64,000 bases of DNA from assembly GCA_001567355.1 (NCBI GenBank), contig JYNZ01000002.1, forward strand, positions 71,477-135,476, in the 5' to 3' direction. Position 1 is the first letter of the stretch. Each line of letters opens with the position of its first letter. The DNA comes from a candidate division WS6 bacterium OLB20 (GTDB lineage Bacteria > Patescibacteriota > Dojkabacteria > B142 > OLB20). The notes beneath the pieces were generated by a model. That model saw nothing but the letters and a program-made list of their open reading frames with translations. It was not told the DNA's origin and ran no database searches. Position numbers and translations under genes: made by a program. Positions 54,445 through 64,000 of this stretch are shown piece by piece.

Positions 54445-55592
54445 AGATCGCACAGGTAAGTACTTTTTTCCATCCTGTAACAGGCGGTGTCGAGACACAC
54501 GCGCTTGAGCTGTCGCGTGAGCTGTCAGAACAGGGTCACGATGTCACAGTGCTGACGTCCGATTCGGCAAAGCAGGCACCGCGGATCTCTGAGAAGCGTT
54601 CCCGTTATCTGGGGGTGGAAGTGCGAAGGTTTCGGGCGCTGGTGCGACTGTCTCCGTATCATGTTTTCTACCCTGGATTGTTTTTTCATCTGCTGCGTAG
54701 CGATTATGACATCGTTCATGTTCACGGGTTCAGAAAACTTGAAGTATACGTTGCGTTGCTTGCAAAACTGCTGAAGCGCAAAAAGTATAAACTGGTGGTA
54801 ACCGGTCATAATCCGTTTCCAACAACATCGCGCAGAGCACGTTTTGATATGCTTGTCAGTCTTCATGACAGGACACTGGGGCGTTTGTTTACAAGGTTCT
54901 GTGACCACATGATTGCGCTTGTCCGGTCAGAGGCAAAAAGCTATGTCCAGCGCTTTGGTATGAGCAAAGACAGGGTCAGCGTCATTCCCAACGGTTTTGC
55001 CGAAGAATATCTTCAGCCCGGCTCTGCTGAACGGTTTTACGACGACTGGCAGATTGAAGATGGGAAATGGAGCGCAATTGTCGCCGGTCTCGGCCGCATA
55101 AACCAGGCCAAAGGCTTTCAGTATCTTAAAACTGCGATTGAAAAACAGAAGAAGGTTCTGTTTGTCATTGCCGGTGGTGATGACGGGTATCTCAGCAAAC
55201 TCAGGTTTGAAATCGGCGGATACAGGAATGTACTGCTGACCGAGCGGTTTCTGTCCACCGAGAAGATCCGTGATATGTTTGCGGCAACCGATCTGTTTGT
55301 CTTCCCCAGTCTGCATGAGGCGTTCGGGATCGTATTGCTTGAGGCCCTTGCAGCAGGAGTACCTGTAGTGTCAACTGACCGCGGCGGGACAGCAGAGTTT
55401 GTCAGGACGGATTTTGGAGTTCTCCTTCCACCCGGGGATGAGGAACTGTGGCATGATACAATTGCAGCACTGCTGGCAGATGAAAAAAAACTGGCTCAGA
55501 TGGGAGCGGCAGGCAGAGACTATGCCGGACGGTTCACCTGGGGGAAAATCAGTAAAAAAGTTGCTGCAGTGTATACATCACTCTTACAGTAA
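54441..55592 (+). CDS. GT4-family glycosyltransferase (group 1)
   Basis: EAFGIVLLEALAAGVPVVSTDRGG (the EX7E region). Confidence 0.8.
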   Translation: MKIAQVSTFFHPVTGGVETHALELSRELSEQGHDVTVLTSDSAKQAPRISEKRSRYLGVEVRRFRALVRLSPYHVFYPGLFFHLLRSDYDIVHVHGFRKLEVYVALLAKLLKRKKYKLVVTGHNPFPTTSRRARFDMLVSLHDRTLGRLFTRFCDHMIALVRSEAKSYVQRFGMSKDRVSVIPNGFAEEYLQPGSAERFYDDWQIEDGKWSAIVAGLGRINQAKGFQYLKTAIEKQKKVLFVIAGGDDGYLSKLRFEIGGYRNVLLTERFLSTEKIRDMFAATDLFVFPSLHEAFGIVLLEALAAGVPVVSTDRGGTAEFVRTDFGVLLPPGDEELWHDTIAALLADEKKLAQMGAAGRDYAGRFTWGKISKKVAAVYTSLLQ

Positions 55593-56450
55593 ATGCTTGT
55601 TCTTGGTTTAAAACATTCCTCACGCGGTATTGATTATGCTGTGGTTTCAGAAGGCAGTCAGTATGTCTCCGGCGGAAGCGTCGCTGACAGTCAGGGCTTT
55701 ACCGAAGAGATAGAACGCCTGACGGGACTGAAAACTTCCGATTATGACGTGGTAGCGGTTGCAGAGCAGGACAGGATCGAGGTACAGGGCATCAGGACGG
55801 TTGTGCTCCCCATGCTGCCTGCGCTTGCTCATGCACCATGGGCAAATGATGTGACGCTTGATATCAAAAAAGAGGATCCATCGTACCCGTATCTGATCTG
55901 GATCGATATTGATGACACTGCCACAGTCCTGCTTGCCGAGTCCGCCGATATTGTTAAGGCTGTCCACCAGATGCCAGAGGGGTCACTTAACCGTCTGGCA
56001 GATCTGTTCAGTAAGACGTTTGAACATGATCTGCTGGCTGCTGCTGACCTTGGTGATCAGTACGCAATGAACCTGAAACGCATTCCTCTGGAACGTAAAC
56101 TGACAGCACAGGCACTGATGGACCAGGTGGATGAGGCGCAGTATGATATCACCCCTGATACATCAGATACTGTGCATGCCGAGCTGGAATCGTTTCGTGC
56201 ATATGATACTGCAGCTGCACTGATCGACGCATACAGCGAGTCGGTGATCGCTCGACTTATTGATCAGGCACATACGCTTGGCGTCAGATCAGTCATGTAC
56301 TCCGGACCGCTTGTATTTAATGAACGCTTCCGTGTGCTGCTGGCTACTCAGACCGAAGAACTCGGGTATGAGCTGCGGCTGCCGCCTGTTGACTATGCCG
56401 ACAATGAGGCATTTGCTCTGGCTGTTTATGCCGAGTATTTTCCGGTCTGA
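55593..56450 (+). CDS. ASKHA-fold TsaB/TsaD (Kae1/YgjD)-family protein, probably the non-catalytic TsaB-like partner
   Basis: The C-terminus SGPLVFNERFRVLLATQTEELGYELRLPPVDYADNEAFALAVYA parallels TsaD SGGVAAN.RLR..L....G.....P....CTDNAAMIA. It lacks the HxxH metal site. Confidence 0.4.
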   Translation: MLVLGLKHSSRGIDYAVVSEGSQYVSGGSVADSQGFTEEIERLTGLKTSDYDVVAVAEQDRIEVQGIRTVVLPMLPALAHAPWANDVTLDIKKEDPSYPYLIWIDIDDTATVLLAESADIVKAVHQMPEGSLNRLADLFSKTFEHDLLAAADLGDQYAMNLKRIPLERKLTAQALMDQVDEAQYDITPDTSDTVHAELESFRAYDTAAALIDAYSESVIARLIDQAHTLGVRSVMYSGPLVFNERFRVLLATQTEELGYELRLPPVDYADNEAFALAVYAEYFPV

Positions 56451-56472
56451 ACTTCAGATGCTACAATAAACC

Positions 56473-56718
56473 ATGAATGACAAGAAGACAGCATTTGTAC
56501 CGAGCAGTGAGCTTAACGAAAAGCTGAAACGTCTTCAGGAGGAGATGCATCTTGGCTCTGCTGCTGAGGTTATCTCGCTTGCACTCTCGATGCTTGAGAT
56601 CTCACTAGGGCGTGAAGTCGAGGTGCGTGACAGCAAACATTCCTACAGAATCTCAAAGTTCTCGCGTTACAATCAGACAGTTACTCTTGACGATGACGAC
56701 AATGGCAGCAGCGACTGA
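56473..56718 (+). CDS. small hypothetical protein (81 aa; possibly ribbon-helix-helix-like)
   Basis: Short ORF with a helical amphipathic N-terminus. Confidence 0.3.
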   Translation: MNDKKTAFVPSSELNEKLKRLQEEMHLGSAAEVISLALSMLEISLGREVEVRDSKHSYRISKFSRYNQTVTLDDDDNGSSD

Positions 56719-57022
56719 TCAGGAACAGATGATGACGCTTGAAGACCTGGGAGTTGAGCAGGTTGAAGAGATACAGTCCCCCCAGCCAGCAAGGGACCTG
56801 AATATTGTGCAGGTTACCCGCGAAGATGCACGGGGCAGGGTGGCAACAATCTTCGTTGTCGGCTTTTTTTTCGTCCTGCTGGCAGGCATTATTGTTGCAG
56901 CGCTGGACGGCACCGATCGTGTCGGTTCTGTTACCAGTATCATGCTGGCTATCAGCGGCATTTTGAGCGGCCCGCTGGGATTTGTGATCGGGTATTACTT
57001 CCGCAGTCAGGAAAACCAGTAA
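56693..57022 (+). CDS. small membrane protein, hypothetical
   Basis: 2 TM segments (IFVVGFFFVLLAGIIVAAL / IMLAISGILSGPLGFVIGYYF). Confidence 0.35.
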   Translation: MTTMAAATDQEQMMTLEDLGVEQVEEIQSPQPARDLNIVQVTREDARGRVATIFVVGFFFVLLAGIIVAALDGTDRVGSVTSIMLAISGILSGPLGFVIGYYFRSQENQ

Positions 57023-57024
57023 CC

Positions 57025-57657
57025 ATGACTGAAGCTGATCAGAAAAGAAAAGAGATGGAAAATAATTCAGATATCCGCATTGTTGCAGTCGGTACTTCTG
57101 GTGTCGGTAAATCCTACCTCGAGCAGACTCTCAAGCGTGAGCTGGGGTTTGTACCGGTCCCGAAGATTACTGACCGCGCCGCGCGGGAGTCTGAGATCGG
57201 ATCCACTGATATAGTATTTGTGTCGCCGAAAGAGTTTACAGAACAGAAGGCAGGGGGCGAGTTTGTGTTTACGCTGGACTACAAGGGTCAGCAGTATGGC
57301 TGGCGTAAGGACGATTTTGACGCCATCACGGCATCCGGGCAGCACCCGACCATGGCAATTACACTTGAAAGCCTGCCTGCACTGCTTGAAACTGATCCAC
57401 GCTTTGTGCCGGTGTTTCTGCAGATTACTGAAGCACAGCTGCCGATGCTTGAACAGCGAATGCAAGATCGTGGCGAAGATGAGGCACAGATTCAGAAACG
57501 CCTTGAGCTTGCGCGCTCAGAGATTGAGCGCTTTAACACACCTGAGTATGAGCAGCTTGTAACCGATCACGGTGGAAGGGTGTTTGTGGTTGAAAGCGAC
57601 GATACTATCCCCGGACAAGTCATCCCCTGGATAAAAGAGAGATTAGGACTGGAGTAA
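57025..57657 (+). CDS. guanylate-kinase-like P-loop kinase
   Basis: P-loop VAVGTSGVGKSYL and ...EFVFTLDYKGQQYGW (compare Gmk ...E.A.V.G..YGT). Confidence 0.45.
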   Translation: MTEADQKRKEMENNSDIRIVAVGTSGVGKSYLEQTLKRELGFVPVPKITDRAARESEIGSTDIVFVSPKEFTEQKAGGEFVFTLDYKGQQYGWRKDDFDAITASGQHPTMAITLESLPALLETDPRFVPVFLQITEAQLPMLEQRMQDRGEDEAQIQKRLELARSEIERFNTPEYEQLVTDHGGRVFVVESDDTIPGQVIPWIKERLGLE

Positions 57658-58194
57658 ATCGAGCAGCTCCGGGAATTCTGAATACGACGGGTTTGTTCCC
57701 AGACTGAAGTGGCCTTCGTGTTCTTTAAGCAGTAGGTTTCCGTCCAGTTTTGCAGCAAGTGTTTTAGCCTCGCCCAGTGGAACGTACGGATCATCCTTTG
57801 AGTGCAGCAGACGGTATTCTTCAGAGAGTGTCTGCAGCAGATGATAATCAAGCGGAGGATTAAAGAGCTCTGTCAGTGCCTCCCAGCCAAGGTCTGTCAC
57901 AAATCCACTCACCAGCCAGACTGCATGAACAGGTTCTGCAGGCCGAACATGCTGCAGATACTGCAGCGCGGCAACCGCCCCTGAACTGTGACCGATCAGC
58001 ACTGCCTGCCCATCAAGAGTAAACGGCAGTTGTTGATCAAGAAACGGGTTATAGCGCAAAGGCGCAGGACGTTCTGCCTGTGGAAGGTCGGGGACAAACA
58101 CATTCCAGCCTGATACCCGCAGCTGTTCTGCCAGCCACTGGAACCAGTTGCTGTTTGCATTACTGTCTGTGCCGTGCAGGATGAGTACGTTCAT
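57643..58194 (-). CDS. alpha/beta-hydrolase, RBBP9/YdeN-like serine hydrolase
   Basis: ILHGTDSN...LIGHSSGA (nucleophile elbow GHSxG); 183 aa. Confidence 0.6.
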   Translation of the reverse strand: MNVLILHGTDSNANSNWFQWLAEQLRVSGWNVFVPDLPQAERPAPLRYNPFLDQQLPFTLDGQAVLIGHSSGAVAALQYLQHVRPAEPVHAVWLVSGFVTDLGWEALTELFNPPLDYHLLQTLSEEYRLLHSKDDPYVPLGEAKTLAAKLDGNLLLKEHEGHFSLGTNPSYSEFPELLDLLQS

Positions 58195-58210
58195 ATCTGA
58201 TTGTAGCAGA

Positions 58211-58966
58211 TCAGGACCGCATTAGCCTGCCCATGACTTTGATCAGTGTTGCTCGCAGACCTGCCCGCTGTGATTCTGCTGCCGGCAGTTCGGGAAGTGA
58301 TCCCGCTTCAAGGTCTGCAAGACGATCGAGAAGTCGCTGTCTGCTGGGTACAGTTATTGCGTTATGGGTCTGACTTCTGTCGGCTGTCCAGGCATCATAG
58401 TCGAGATGCAGCTGCTGCATCTGTGGAACAAGTTCCGAAACGACTGCCTGCACACTCGGCTCCCAGATTATGTCAACCTCCAGCGGCAGTTTCCTGCCAT
58501 CAGGAGCATGAAGACTTAGTACCGAACACAGCCGTTCCATCCATCGTGTCTCCATCTCACCGCCATTGATAAACAGCGTCAGACGGTTGACGGGGTCAGA
58601 AAACAGCGGATGCCGGAGTCCGCCATCTTTCTCTGTGCCTTCCCCCTGGATGAAGATATTCATTAGTGCGCCAAGTGGTATTCCGTGTCTGGTACCGTGC
58701 ATGATGACATCCATGGCACGAAAGTGCCTGTCAAGTTCGGCCAGGCGGTCGGTGCGTTTGAGCATGTAGTTGTACTCCTCTGACCGCTCAATACCGCCGG
58801 GGCAGGCACCCACTGTCTTAAAGTCCCGCCCAAGCGCGTACTGCTCATCCGGATCTGCTATCCTCCTCAGATAATCCTGTGTACCCGTCGCAATTCTGAC
58901 ACGGGATGTTATGCGCTCCATGGTCTCGATAATTTCAAGTTGTTCCTGTGATCCGAATTCCAGCAT
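58211..58966 (-). CDS. hypothetical protein (251 aa)
   Basis: Clean ORF with no recognised motif. Confidence 0.4.
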   Translation of the reverse strand: MLEFGSQEQLEIIETMERITSRVRIATGTQDYLRRIADPDEQYALGRDFKTVGACPGGIERSEEYNYMLKRTDRLAELDRHFRAMDVIMHGTRHGIPLGALMNIFIQGEGTEKDGGLRHPLFSDPVNRLTLFINGGEMETRWMERLCSVLSLHAPDGRKLPLEVDIIWEPSVQAVVSELVPQMQQLHLDYDAWTADRSQTHNAITVPSRQRLLDRLADLEAGSLPELPAAESQRAGLRATLIKVMGRLMRS

Positions 58967-59040
58967 AGATCGGAATTATACTATATAAGGTCTATATCGC
59001 TTAGTTGTGCAGTGCTTTTTGCCTGTAGTACAATCCACGC

Positions 59041-60390
59041 ATGGTACAAACCCATCATACACCTGCTGATACAGGTTCCCGCAGAACCGGTTTAAACACT
59101 GCGGTGGCGCTTGTTGCACAACTTCTTCCTGCCGCAGCAATTGGTGCCCTTGTTCTTGTGATTTCAGTCACAGTAGGTGTTGACAGCCACCCGGTCGCTC
59201 CAGCACCGGCGCAGCCTGTGCAGATGACACCGGTGCCGTTTTCAGATCTTGTACCGTTTACACTTGATATCCCCAAACAGTTCAGTGCCGAACGTAACGG
59301 CGTAAAGAAGCAGATGTTTCTGCCGCGAGGTTTTGAGATCTCGGTCTATGCGTCTGGCTTCAGTCATCCGCGGTTTTTTGTCTTCGGTCCCGCAAACGAG
59401 ATGTACATTACAGACAGAAGTACCGGTACAGTCAGTGTTGTGAGGGACCGTGACAATGACGGACGTGCTGACCAGACAGCAGTTGTGACCGGCGGACTTG
59501 ACCAGCCACATGGACTGGACCTGCACAATGGTGACCTGTACGTTGCAGAGCAGGGTAATGTGCATGTTTTCAGAAGTATCCGGCCTGACGGAACGTTCGC
59601 AGCAAGAGAAATTGTGATTGATGATCTGCCGGTCCTTGCTCCCCATGATGACAAGCATGTCTGGCATGCAACACGAACGCTGGTTGTAGGTCCGGATCAG
59701 AAAATCTATATTGCAGCAGGATCCGGCTGTGATCACTGTCTTGAAGAGGATCCGGCACGTGCCGCGATAATGCGTTACAACCTGGACGGATCGGGCAAAG
59801 AGCTGTTTGCACGGGGGCTGCGAAACACTGTCGGCATTTATTTTGAACAGACGCCGGCGGGCTACAGAATGTGGGGAACCGATAACGGCAACGAGGATAT
59901 CGGCGAGGACCTGCCGCCGGATGAGATCAATCTGATAGAAAAGGGGAAGGATTATGGCTGGCCTTACTGCTACGGAGATGACAGTGAGCAGCCGGGATTT
60001 GCTGGCAGCAAACCTTATTGCGAAAACGTTCAGACAAAACCTGTCGGACTCCTGCCGGCACACTCTGCACCGATCGGTCTGTCCATGATGCCTGCAGCAG
60101 GAAACAGTCAGAAACAGCAGTTTCCGGATGATTACAGCAGTAAACTGTTTATCGCACTGCAGGGCAGCAACCCCGGCAACATCCCGTCAGGCCAGCTACG
60201 GGGACAGAAGGTAGTAACCTTTGACACTGAAACACATGAGGTACGTGACTTTGTAACGGGCTGGTTTGACCCGGTCAGCAAAGAACGCTGGGACACACTG
60301 GTCGGCATCGGTTTTGACCGTAACGGTGCCATGTACGTATCGGGCAGGGATACCGGCTATATTTACCGTGTGGTCTATACCGGGGACTAG
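59041..60390 (+). CDS. membrane-anchored PQQ-dependent/soluble sugar (glucose/sorbosone) dehydrogenase-like beta-propeller protein
   Basis: N-terminal TM, then LPRGFEISVYASGFSHPRFFVFGP...GLDQPHGLDLHNGDLYVAE... (SGDH family pattern). Confidence 0.55.
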   Translation: MVQTHHTPADTGSRRTGLNTAVALVAQLLPAAAIGALVLVISVTVGVDSHPVAPAPAQPVQMTPVPFSDLVPFTLDIPKQFSAERNGVKKQMFLPRGFEISVYASGFSHPRFFVFGPANEMYITDRSTGTVSVVRDRDNDGRADQTAVVTGGLDQPHGLDLHNGDLYVAEQGNVHVFRSIRPDGTFAAREIVIDDLPVLAPHDDKHVWHATRTLVVGPDQKIYIAAGSGCDHCLEEDPARAAIMRYNLDGSGKELFARGLRNTVGIYFEQTPAGYRMWGTDNGNEDIGEDLPPDEINLIEKGKDYGWPYCYGDDSEQPGFAGSKPYCENVQTKPVGLLPAHSAPIGLSMMPAAGNSQKQQFPDDYSSKLFIALQGSNPGNIPSGQLRGQKVVTFDTETHEVRDFVTGWFDPVSKERWDTLVGIGFDRNGAMYVSGRDTGYIYRVVYTGD

Positions 60391-60449
60391 GACAGAAGTT
60401 TGTGCTGTCAGATGACGTCTGATACTCTTGTATCATTGCAATAACACAA

Positions 60450-61091
60450 ATGCTGCCAGCCGAAAAGCATCATCAGGACATACGTGAGCACTTGAATTCT
60501 GACAGTGCGTCTTTGTTCTGGCATGATCTGATTGCAACCCTCACTGCCACGCGCATGCTTACCTCAAGACCTGATCCGATCACAGCTGAGACACAGCTGC
60601 TGCTTGCCCGGACGGCACTTAGAGGTGAAATTCTTGCCAGGGCATACAGATTCGTCGAAAAGCATAATCCCTTTGATGCATCGGGCTTTGAGGATGCCGA
60701 GATTGACCTGAGCAGCCTGTTGATGCGCCGAGTCAGTTATGCACGCAGTCTGTTCTCGACAGTCACTCAAACAGGTGTGAATAATCCTGTTAGCGTGCAA
60801 ATAAAGAATGATCTGCTGCTCTTGTATATTGACTGTCTGCTGTTTTCTCTGGCCGCCGGATCGGGACTTGATGCACCAGTGCTGGACTACTCAGCAGACC
60901 CGAAACAGATCAGCTTCACAATCAATACCGCCGAGTTTGCTCCACCGGACGGCACAGGGCCGTATCAGCGATCATGGCATTTTACCTATGATGTTTGCAT
61001 GTTTCTTGCTTCAGCATTGAATATCACTACAGAGATCAAAGTCATGTCAGACCAAACTGTTTATTTATCCCATCTCAGTTCAGATGAGTAA
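60450..61091 (+). CDS. hypothetical protein (213 aa)
   Basis: ORF immediately upstream of, and overlapping, the receiver-domain gene. Confidence 0.4.
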   Translation: MLPAEKHHQDIREHLNSDSASLFWHDLIATLTATRMLTSRPDPITAETQLLLARTALRGEILARAYRFVEKHNPFDASGFEDAEIDLSSLLMRRVSYARSLFSTVTQTGVNNPVSVQIKNDLLLLYIDCLLFSLAAGSGLDAPVLDYSADPKQISFTINTAEFAPPDGTGPYQRSWHFTYDVCMFLASALNITTEIKVMSDQTVYLSHLSSDE

Positions 61092-61440
61092 AAAAGTACT
61101 GGTCCTCGAGGACGAACCATACTATCAGGAGATCTACCGCTCCGAAATCGGTCAGCATTTTACACTCGAGTTTGCAGATAATGGCGAGCAGGGACTTGAG
61201 ATTGTTAAAAAGCAGCAGTTTGACGTAATTCTTGTGGACCTGATCATGCCTATTATGAGCGGGATCAGATTCCTGGAGGAACTGCAGAAACTTAATCTGC
61301 AACACAAGCCGAGGATCATTGTGCTGACAACACTGGACGGAATGACAGACCGCGAGGACTGTTTTGCACGCGGTGCTGATGAATTTATTGTTAAATCAGA
61401 GACTACGCCAGACGAGCTGGTTGAAGTCATTAATGAATAG
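61084..61440 (+). CDS. stand-alone response-regulator receiver domain (CheY-like)
   Basis: KVLVLEDEPYYQ...DVILVDLIMPIMSG...RIIVLTT...; no output domain. Confidence 0.75.
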   Translation: MSKKVLVLEDEPYYQEIYRSEIGQHFTLEFADNGEQGLEIVKKQQFDVILVDLIMPIMSGIRFLEELQKLNLQHKPRIIVLTTLDGMTDREDCFARGADEFIVKSETTPDELVEVINE

Positions 61441-62992
61441 ACAGACCATTGTACAGACAGCAATTGCACTTCTGACGTACACGCTGCTTGGTGTCTACTT
61501 TATCTTCAGGGTCTATACAGTTTACGAAAGCTACCAGGTGCTTGGCGTATCGATTGATATGCTGGTGGTGATCCTCTTCTGGTTTGCTGAAGCGTTTATC
61601 GTGATCCAGAGTTCCAACTACTTTTATGATCTGTTTCGCGCGTTTTACGGATACAAGTACACCCTCAATGATATGCCCTTTGGTGTCACAGGCGTCCGGC
61701 CTGATGTCGACGTGCTGATCCCCGTGCATAACGAACCTGTCGGGATTGTCAGAAGAACACTGTTTGCTGCAACACGCATTGATTACGAGAACAAAACTGT
61801 ACATCTGATTGACGGATCTGATAAGGAGGAAAGTATCAGGCAGATGCAAGGCCTGACAGAGGAGATGGGCGTCAATTACTATTCTGTACCGTACCCCCGC
61901 CATGGCGCAAAAGCAGGAGCAATCAATGAGTTTCTGCAGGAAAGCGTTGCTCCGTACATTGTGATTTTCGATGCTGATTACCGCGCCAGCAAGGACTTTT
62001 TACGTGTGCTTGTCTGGCAGATGGAGGCGGATCCGGATCTGGCATACATCCAGACACCGCAGTTTTACGGAAACCTGCTTGAATCGTACACAAGCAGAGC
62101 AGCTCAAATGCAGCAGTCGATCTTTTACGAATACATCTCCGAGGCAAAGAGTATGGACAATGCCAACTTCATGTGCGGGACAAACCTGATCATCCGTGTC
62201 GAAGCACTAAAGGATGTCGGCGGTTTTGACGAGTCGACAATAACAGAAGACTATTCGACATCAGTAAATCTTCACAGCAGAGGCTGGAAGTCACGCTATG
62301 ACAATTACACCACAGCGTTTGGTAACGGCCCGGGAAATCTGGCAGAATACTTCAAGCAGCAGTACCGCTGGGCAAAGGGCAACTTTGACACAATGAAGCT
62401 GAAGCTGATGCCGATGATTTTTTCGTCGCGACTGACAATCAGCCAGAAGCGCGAATATATCATGTCAGGAACGTACTACCTGATCGGCTGGGCACGGCTG
62501 ACCATCATTCTCAGTCCGGTCCTGTTTATTCTCTTCGGTCTGCCGAGCTATCTGACGTCACCCGAGCTTTACCTGCTCAGTTATGTTCCATACTTTACTG
62601 TGACTACAATCCTGTTTTATGAATCGCTGTTTATCCGCAAATACCCGTTTCGTGAATGGGTGCTTGGTGAATCGCTGACATTTCTTTCCATACCGGTGTT
62701 TCTTAAGGCGTCGCTGGACAGTTTTCTGGGCAGAAAATCAACGTTTCAGACCACAGATAAGTCAGCTGAGGTGGATGTGTACACATTGCGTCAGCTGCGT
62801 CCCCAGCTTCTTATCATTGGTGTAAATCTGCTTGCAGCTGTTGTCGGCGTGTACAAACTTGCCAGCGGCAATCAGGACTGGGGGATTGCAATCAACCTGT
62901 TCTGGGTGGTGTTTCATTTGTTTTTTATTTCTTACTTACTGGCTATACTGTGGTATGCGAGACGACAGCAGGAAAAAAATTACAGGAGCTGA
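61433..62992 (+). CDS. GT2-family processive beta-glycosyltransferase, cellulose-synthase (BcsA)-like catalytic subunit
   Basis: DVLIPVHNEP, DGSD, FDADY, TED and QQYRWAKG (QxxRW) motifs with flanking TM helices. The start ATG overlaps the receiver gene stop, indicating translational coupling. Confidence 0.7.
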   Translation: MNRQTIVQTAIALLTYTLLGVYFIFRVYTVYESYQVLGVSIDMLVVILFWFAEAFIVIQSSNYFYDLFRAFYGYKYTLNDMPFGVTGVRPDVDVLIPVHNEPVGIVRRTLFAATRIDYENKTVHLIDGSDKEESIRQMQGLTEEMGVNYYSVPYPRHGAKAGAINEFLQESVAPYIVIFDADYRASKDFLRVLVWQMEADPDLAYIQTPQFYGNLLESYTSRAAQMQQSIFYEYISEAKSMDNANFMCGTNLIIRVEALKDVGGFDESTITEDYSTSVNLHSRGWKSRYDNYTTAFGNGPGNLAEYFKQQYRWAKGNFDTMKLKLMPMIFSSRLTISQKREYIMSGTYYLIGWARLTIILSPVLFILFGLPSYLTSPELYLLSYVPYFTVTTILFYESLFIRKYPFREWVLGESLTFLSIPVFLKASLDSFLGRKSTFQTTDKSAEVDVYTLRQLRPQLLIIGVNLLAAVVGVYKLASGNQDWGIAINLFWVVFHLFFISYLLAILWYARRQQEKNYRS

Positions 62993-63170
62993 GTATGCTG
63001 GAAACACAGTTCTTTGATGAGCTGGTATTTAAGACTGAAGCGATACTGAAGTTCAGAACAATTCATAAACAGTATAAAAAAGAAATTCTCAGTTACATAA
63101 GCAGGATGCGCGAGATCACAACAGAAAACATCGCACTTCTTAACAAGAATGCAGAAGAGAATAATCCGTC

Positions 63171-63365
63171 ATGATGAACACCTCTGCAATCCGATCGTAC
63201 TTCAGGGACCTGACATACAATCAGGAAGAGTCACTTGCGCTGCTTGAGGATATAAAACAGCAGCTGTCACTGCATGACTATGAGCGGGTGAAGGACAATC
63301 TGATTGAAAAGCAGATTATTATAACTAAAATTATCGACTATCTGGACAATGAGCAGGAAGCATAG
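63171..63365 (+). CDS. small hypothetical protein (64 aa)
   Basis: Short ORF between the GT2 gene and galU; weak support. Confidence 0.25.
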   Translation: MMNTSAIRSYFRDLTYNQEESLALLEDIKQQLSLHDYERVKDNLIEKQIIITKIIDYLDNEQEA

Positions 63366-64000
63366 TGTCAGGACAGCAATCATACCTGCAGGCGGCTTCG
63401 GGACACGCTTTCTGCCTGCTACAAAAAGCATTCCCAAAGAGATGTTTCCGGTCGGTGGCAAGCCCGTGATCCTGCATGTGGTCGAAGAAGCGGTTGCTGC
63501 CGGTATCGAACATGTTATTTTTATCACTTCACCGCAAAAGCATGCCGTTGAAGACTTTTTCTCCTCCAACCAGCTGCTTGAGGACTATCTTCTGGGCAGA
63601 GGAATGATGGAGACAGTTGGTCGCCTCAAGGAGATTCAGGGACTTGCACATTACAGTTATGTCCATACACAAGTTCCATACGGTAATGGCGGTGCACTGC
63701 TTGCAGCTGAGGAACTGATAGACGATGAACCATTTATTGTACTCTGGGGAGATGAGATCGTTCTGACAAAAGGTCCAACGAGGGCAGAGCTGTGTATAGA
63801 GACGTTTGAGGCTCACGATCTTCCGGTTATTTCAGCACTGCGGATAGCTGATCCCGGCAGGCATCAGAAATACGGTATGGCAGAGCTTAAAGATTTTGAA
63901 CAGGACGGGTCAGGCAATGTTAAACAGATTAGCCGGATTACCGAAAAGCCTGATCCAGGATCCAGTCCGTCCGAGTATGCCACACACGGAGCGTATGTAC
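63349..64000 (+). CDS. galU: UTP--glucose-1-phosphate uridylyltransferase, partial (runs off the window end)
   Basis: Hand-translated: MSRKHSVRTAIIPAGGFGTRFLPATKSIPKEMFPVGGKPVILHVVEEAVAAGIEHVIFITS... (GalU signature). Absent from the ORF track because there is no stop inside the window. Confidence 0.8.
   Translation, partial: MSRKHSVRTAIIPAGGFGTRFLPATKSIPKEMFPVGGKPVILHVVEEAVAAGIEHVIFITSPQKHAVEDFFSSNQLLEDYLLGRGMMETVGRLKEIQGLAHYSYVHTQVPYGNGGALLAAEELIDDEPFIVLWGDEIVLTKGPTRAELCIETFEAHDLPVISALRIADPGRHQKYGMAELKDFEQDGSGNVKQISRITEKPDPGSSPSEYATHGAYV

Noticed and set aside
58211-58966. 251-aa protein considered as flavin-dependent thymidylate synthase ThyX
   Set aside because: It lacks the ThyX RHRxxxxxS signature and was left as hypothetical.

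Overview
The window is a gene-dense bacterial chromosomal segment (~50% GC, ~60 protein genes, one tRNA, no rRNA or CRISPR). Gene content looks like a monoderm (Gram-positive-type) bacterium, possibly a reduced-genome lineage, though phylum cannot be assigned from this window. Most of it is core housekeeping: enolase, ProRS behind a T-box leader, RNase J, YhaM, SSB, ClpC, RNase HI, PRPP synthetase, Nnr, Tag, Pcm, an LCP protein, an RND exporter and GalU. Seven things stand out. (1) A roughly 1,930-aa membrane-anchored protein, split into three ORFs by two homopolymer indels, that carries SGNH esterase, glycosidase-like, M23, lytic transglycosylase and M15 domains. (2) A 1,354-aa surface protein with cohesin-like and glycosidase-like domains and a C-terminal dockerin-like tail, next to a small membrane-anchored cohesin-like protein. 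(3) A lexA-umuD-umuC operon that carries an extra unknown gene and has a GTATAC-N3-GTATAC inverted repeat over its promoter. (4) A ~1.6 kb low-GC islet beside tRNA-Ser(GGA) encoding a 335-aa protein with a HEPN-like Rx4H motif. (5) An orphan receiver domain translationally coupled to a BcsA-like GT2 synthase, with galU downstream. (6) A T-box leader in front of proS. (7) At least nine genes interrupted by single-base indels at or next to homopolymer runs, so the frameshifts are almost certainly sequencing errors rather than real pseudogenes. The six-frame track calls GTG and TTG starts as M, and many of its ORFs are antisense or overlap artefacts.
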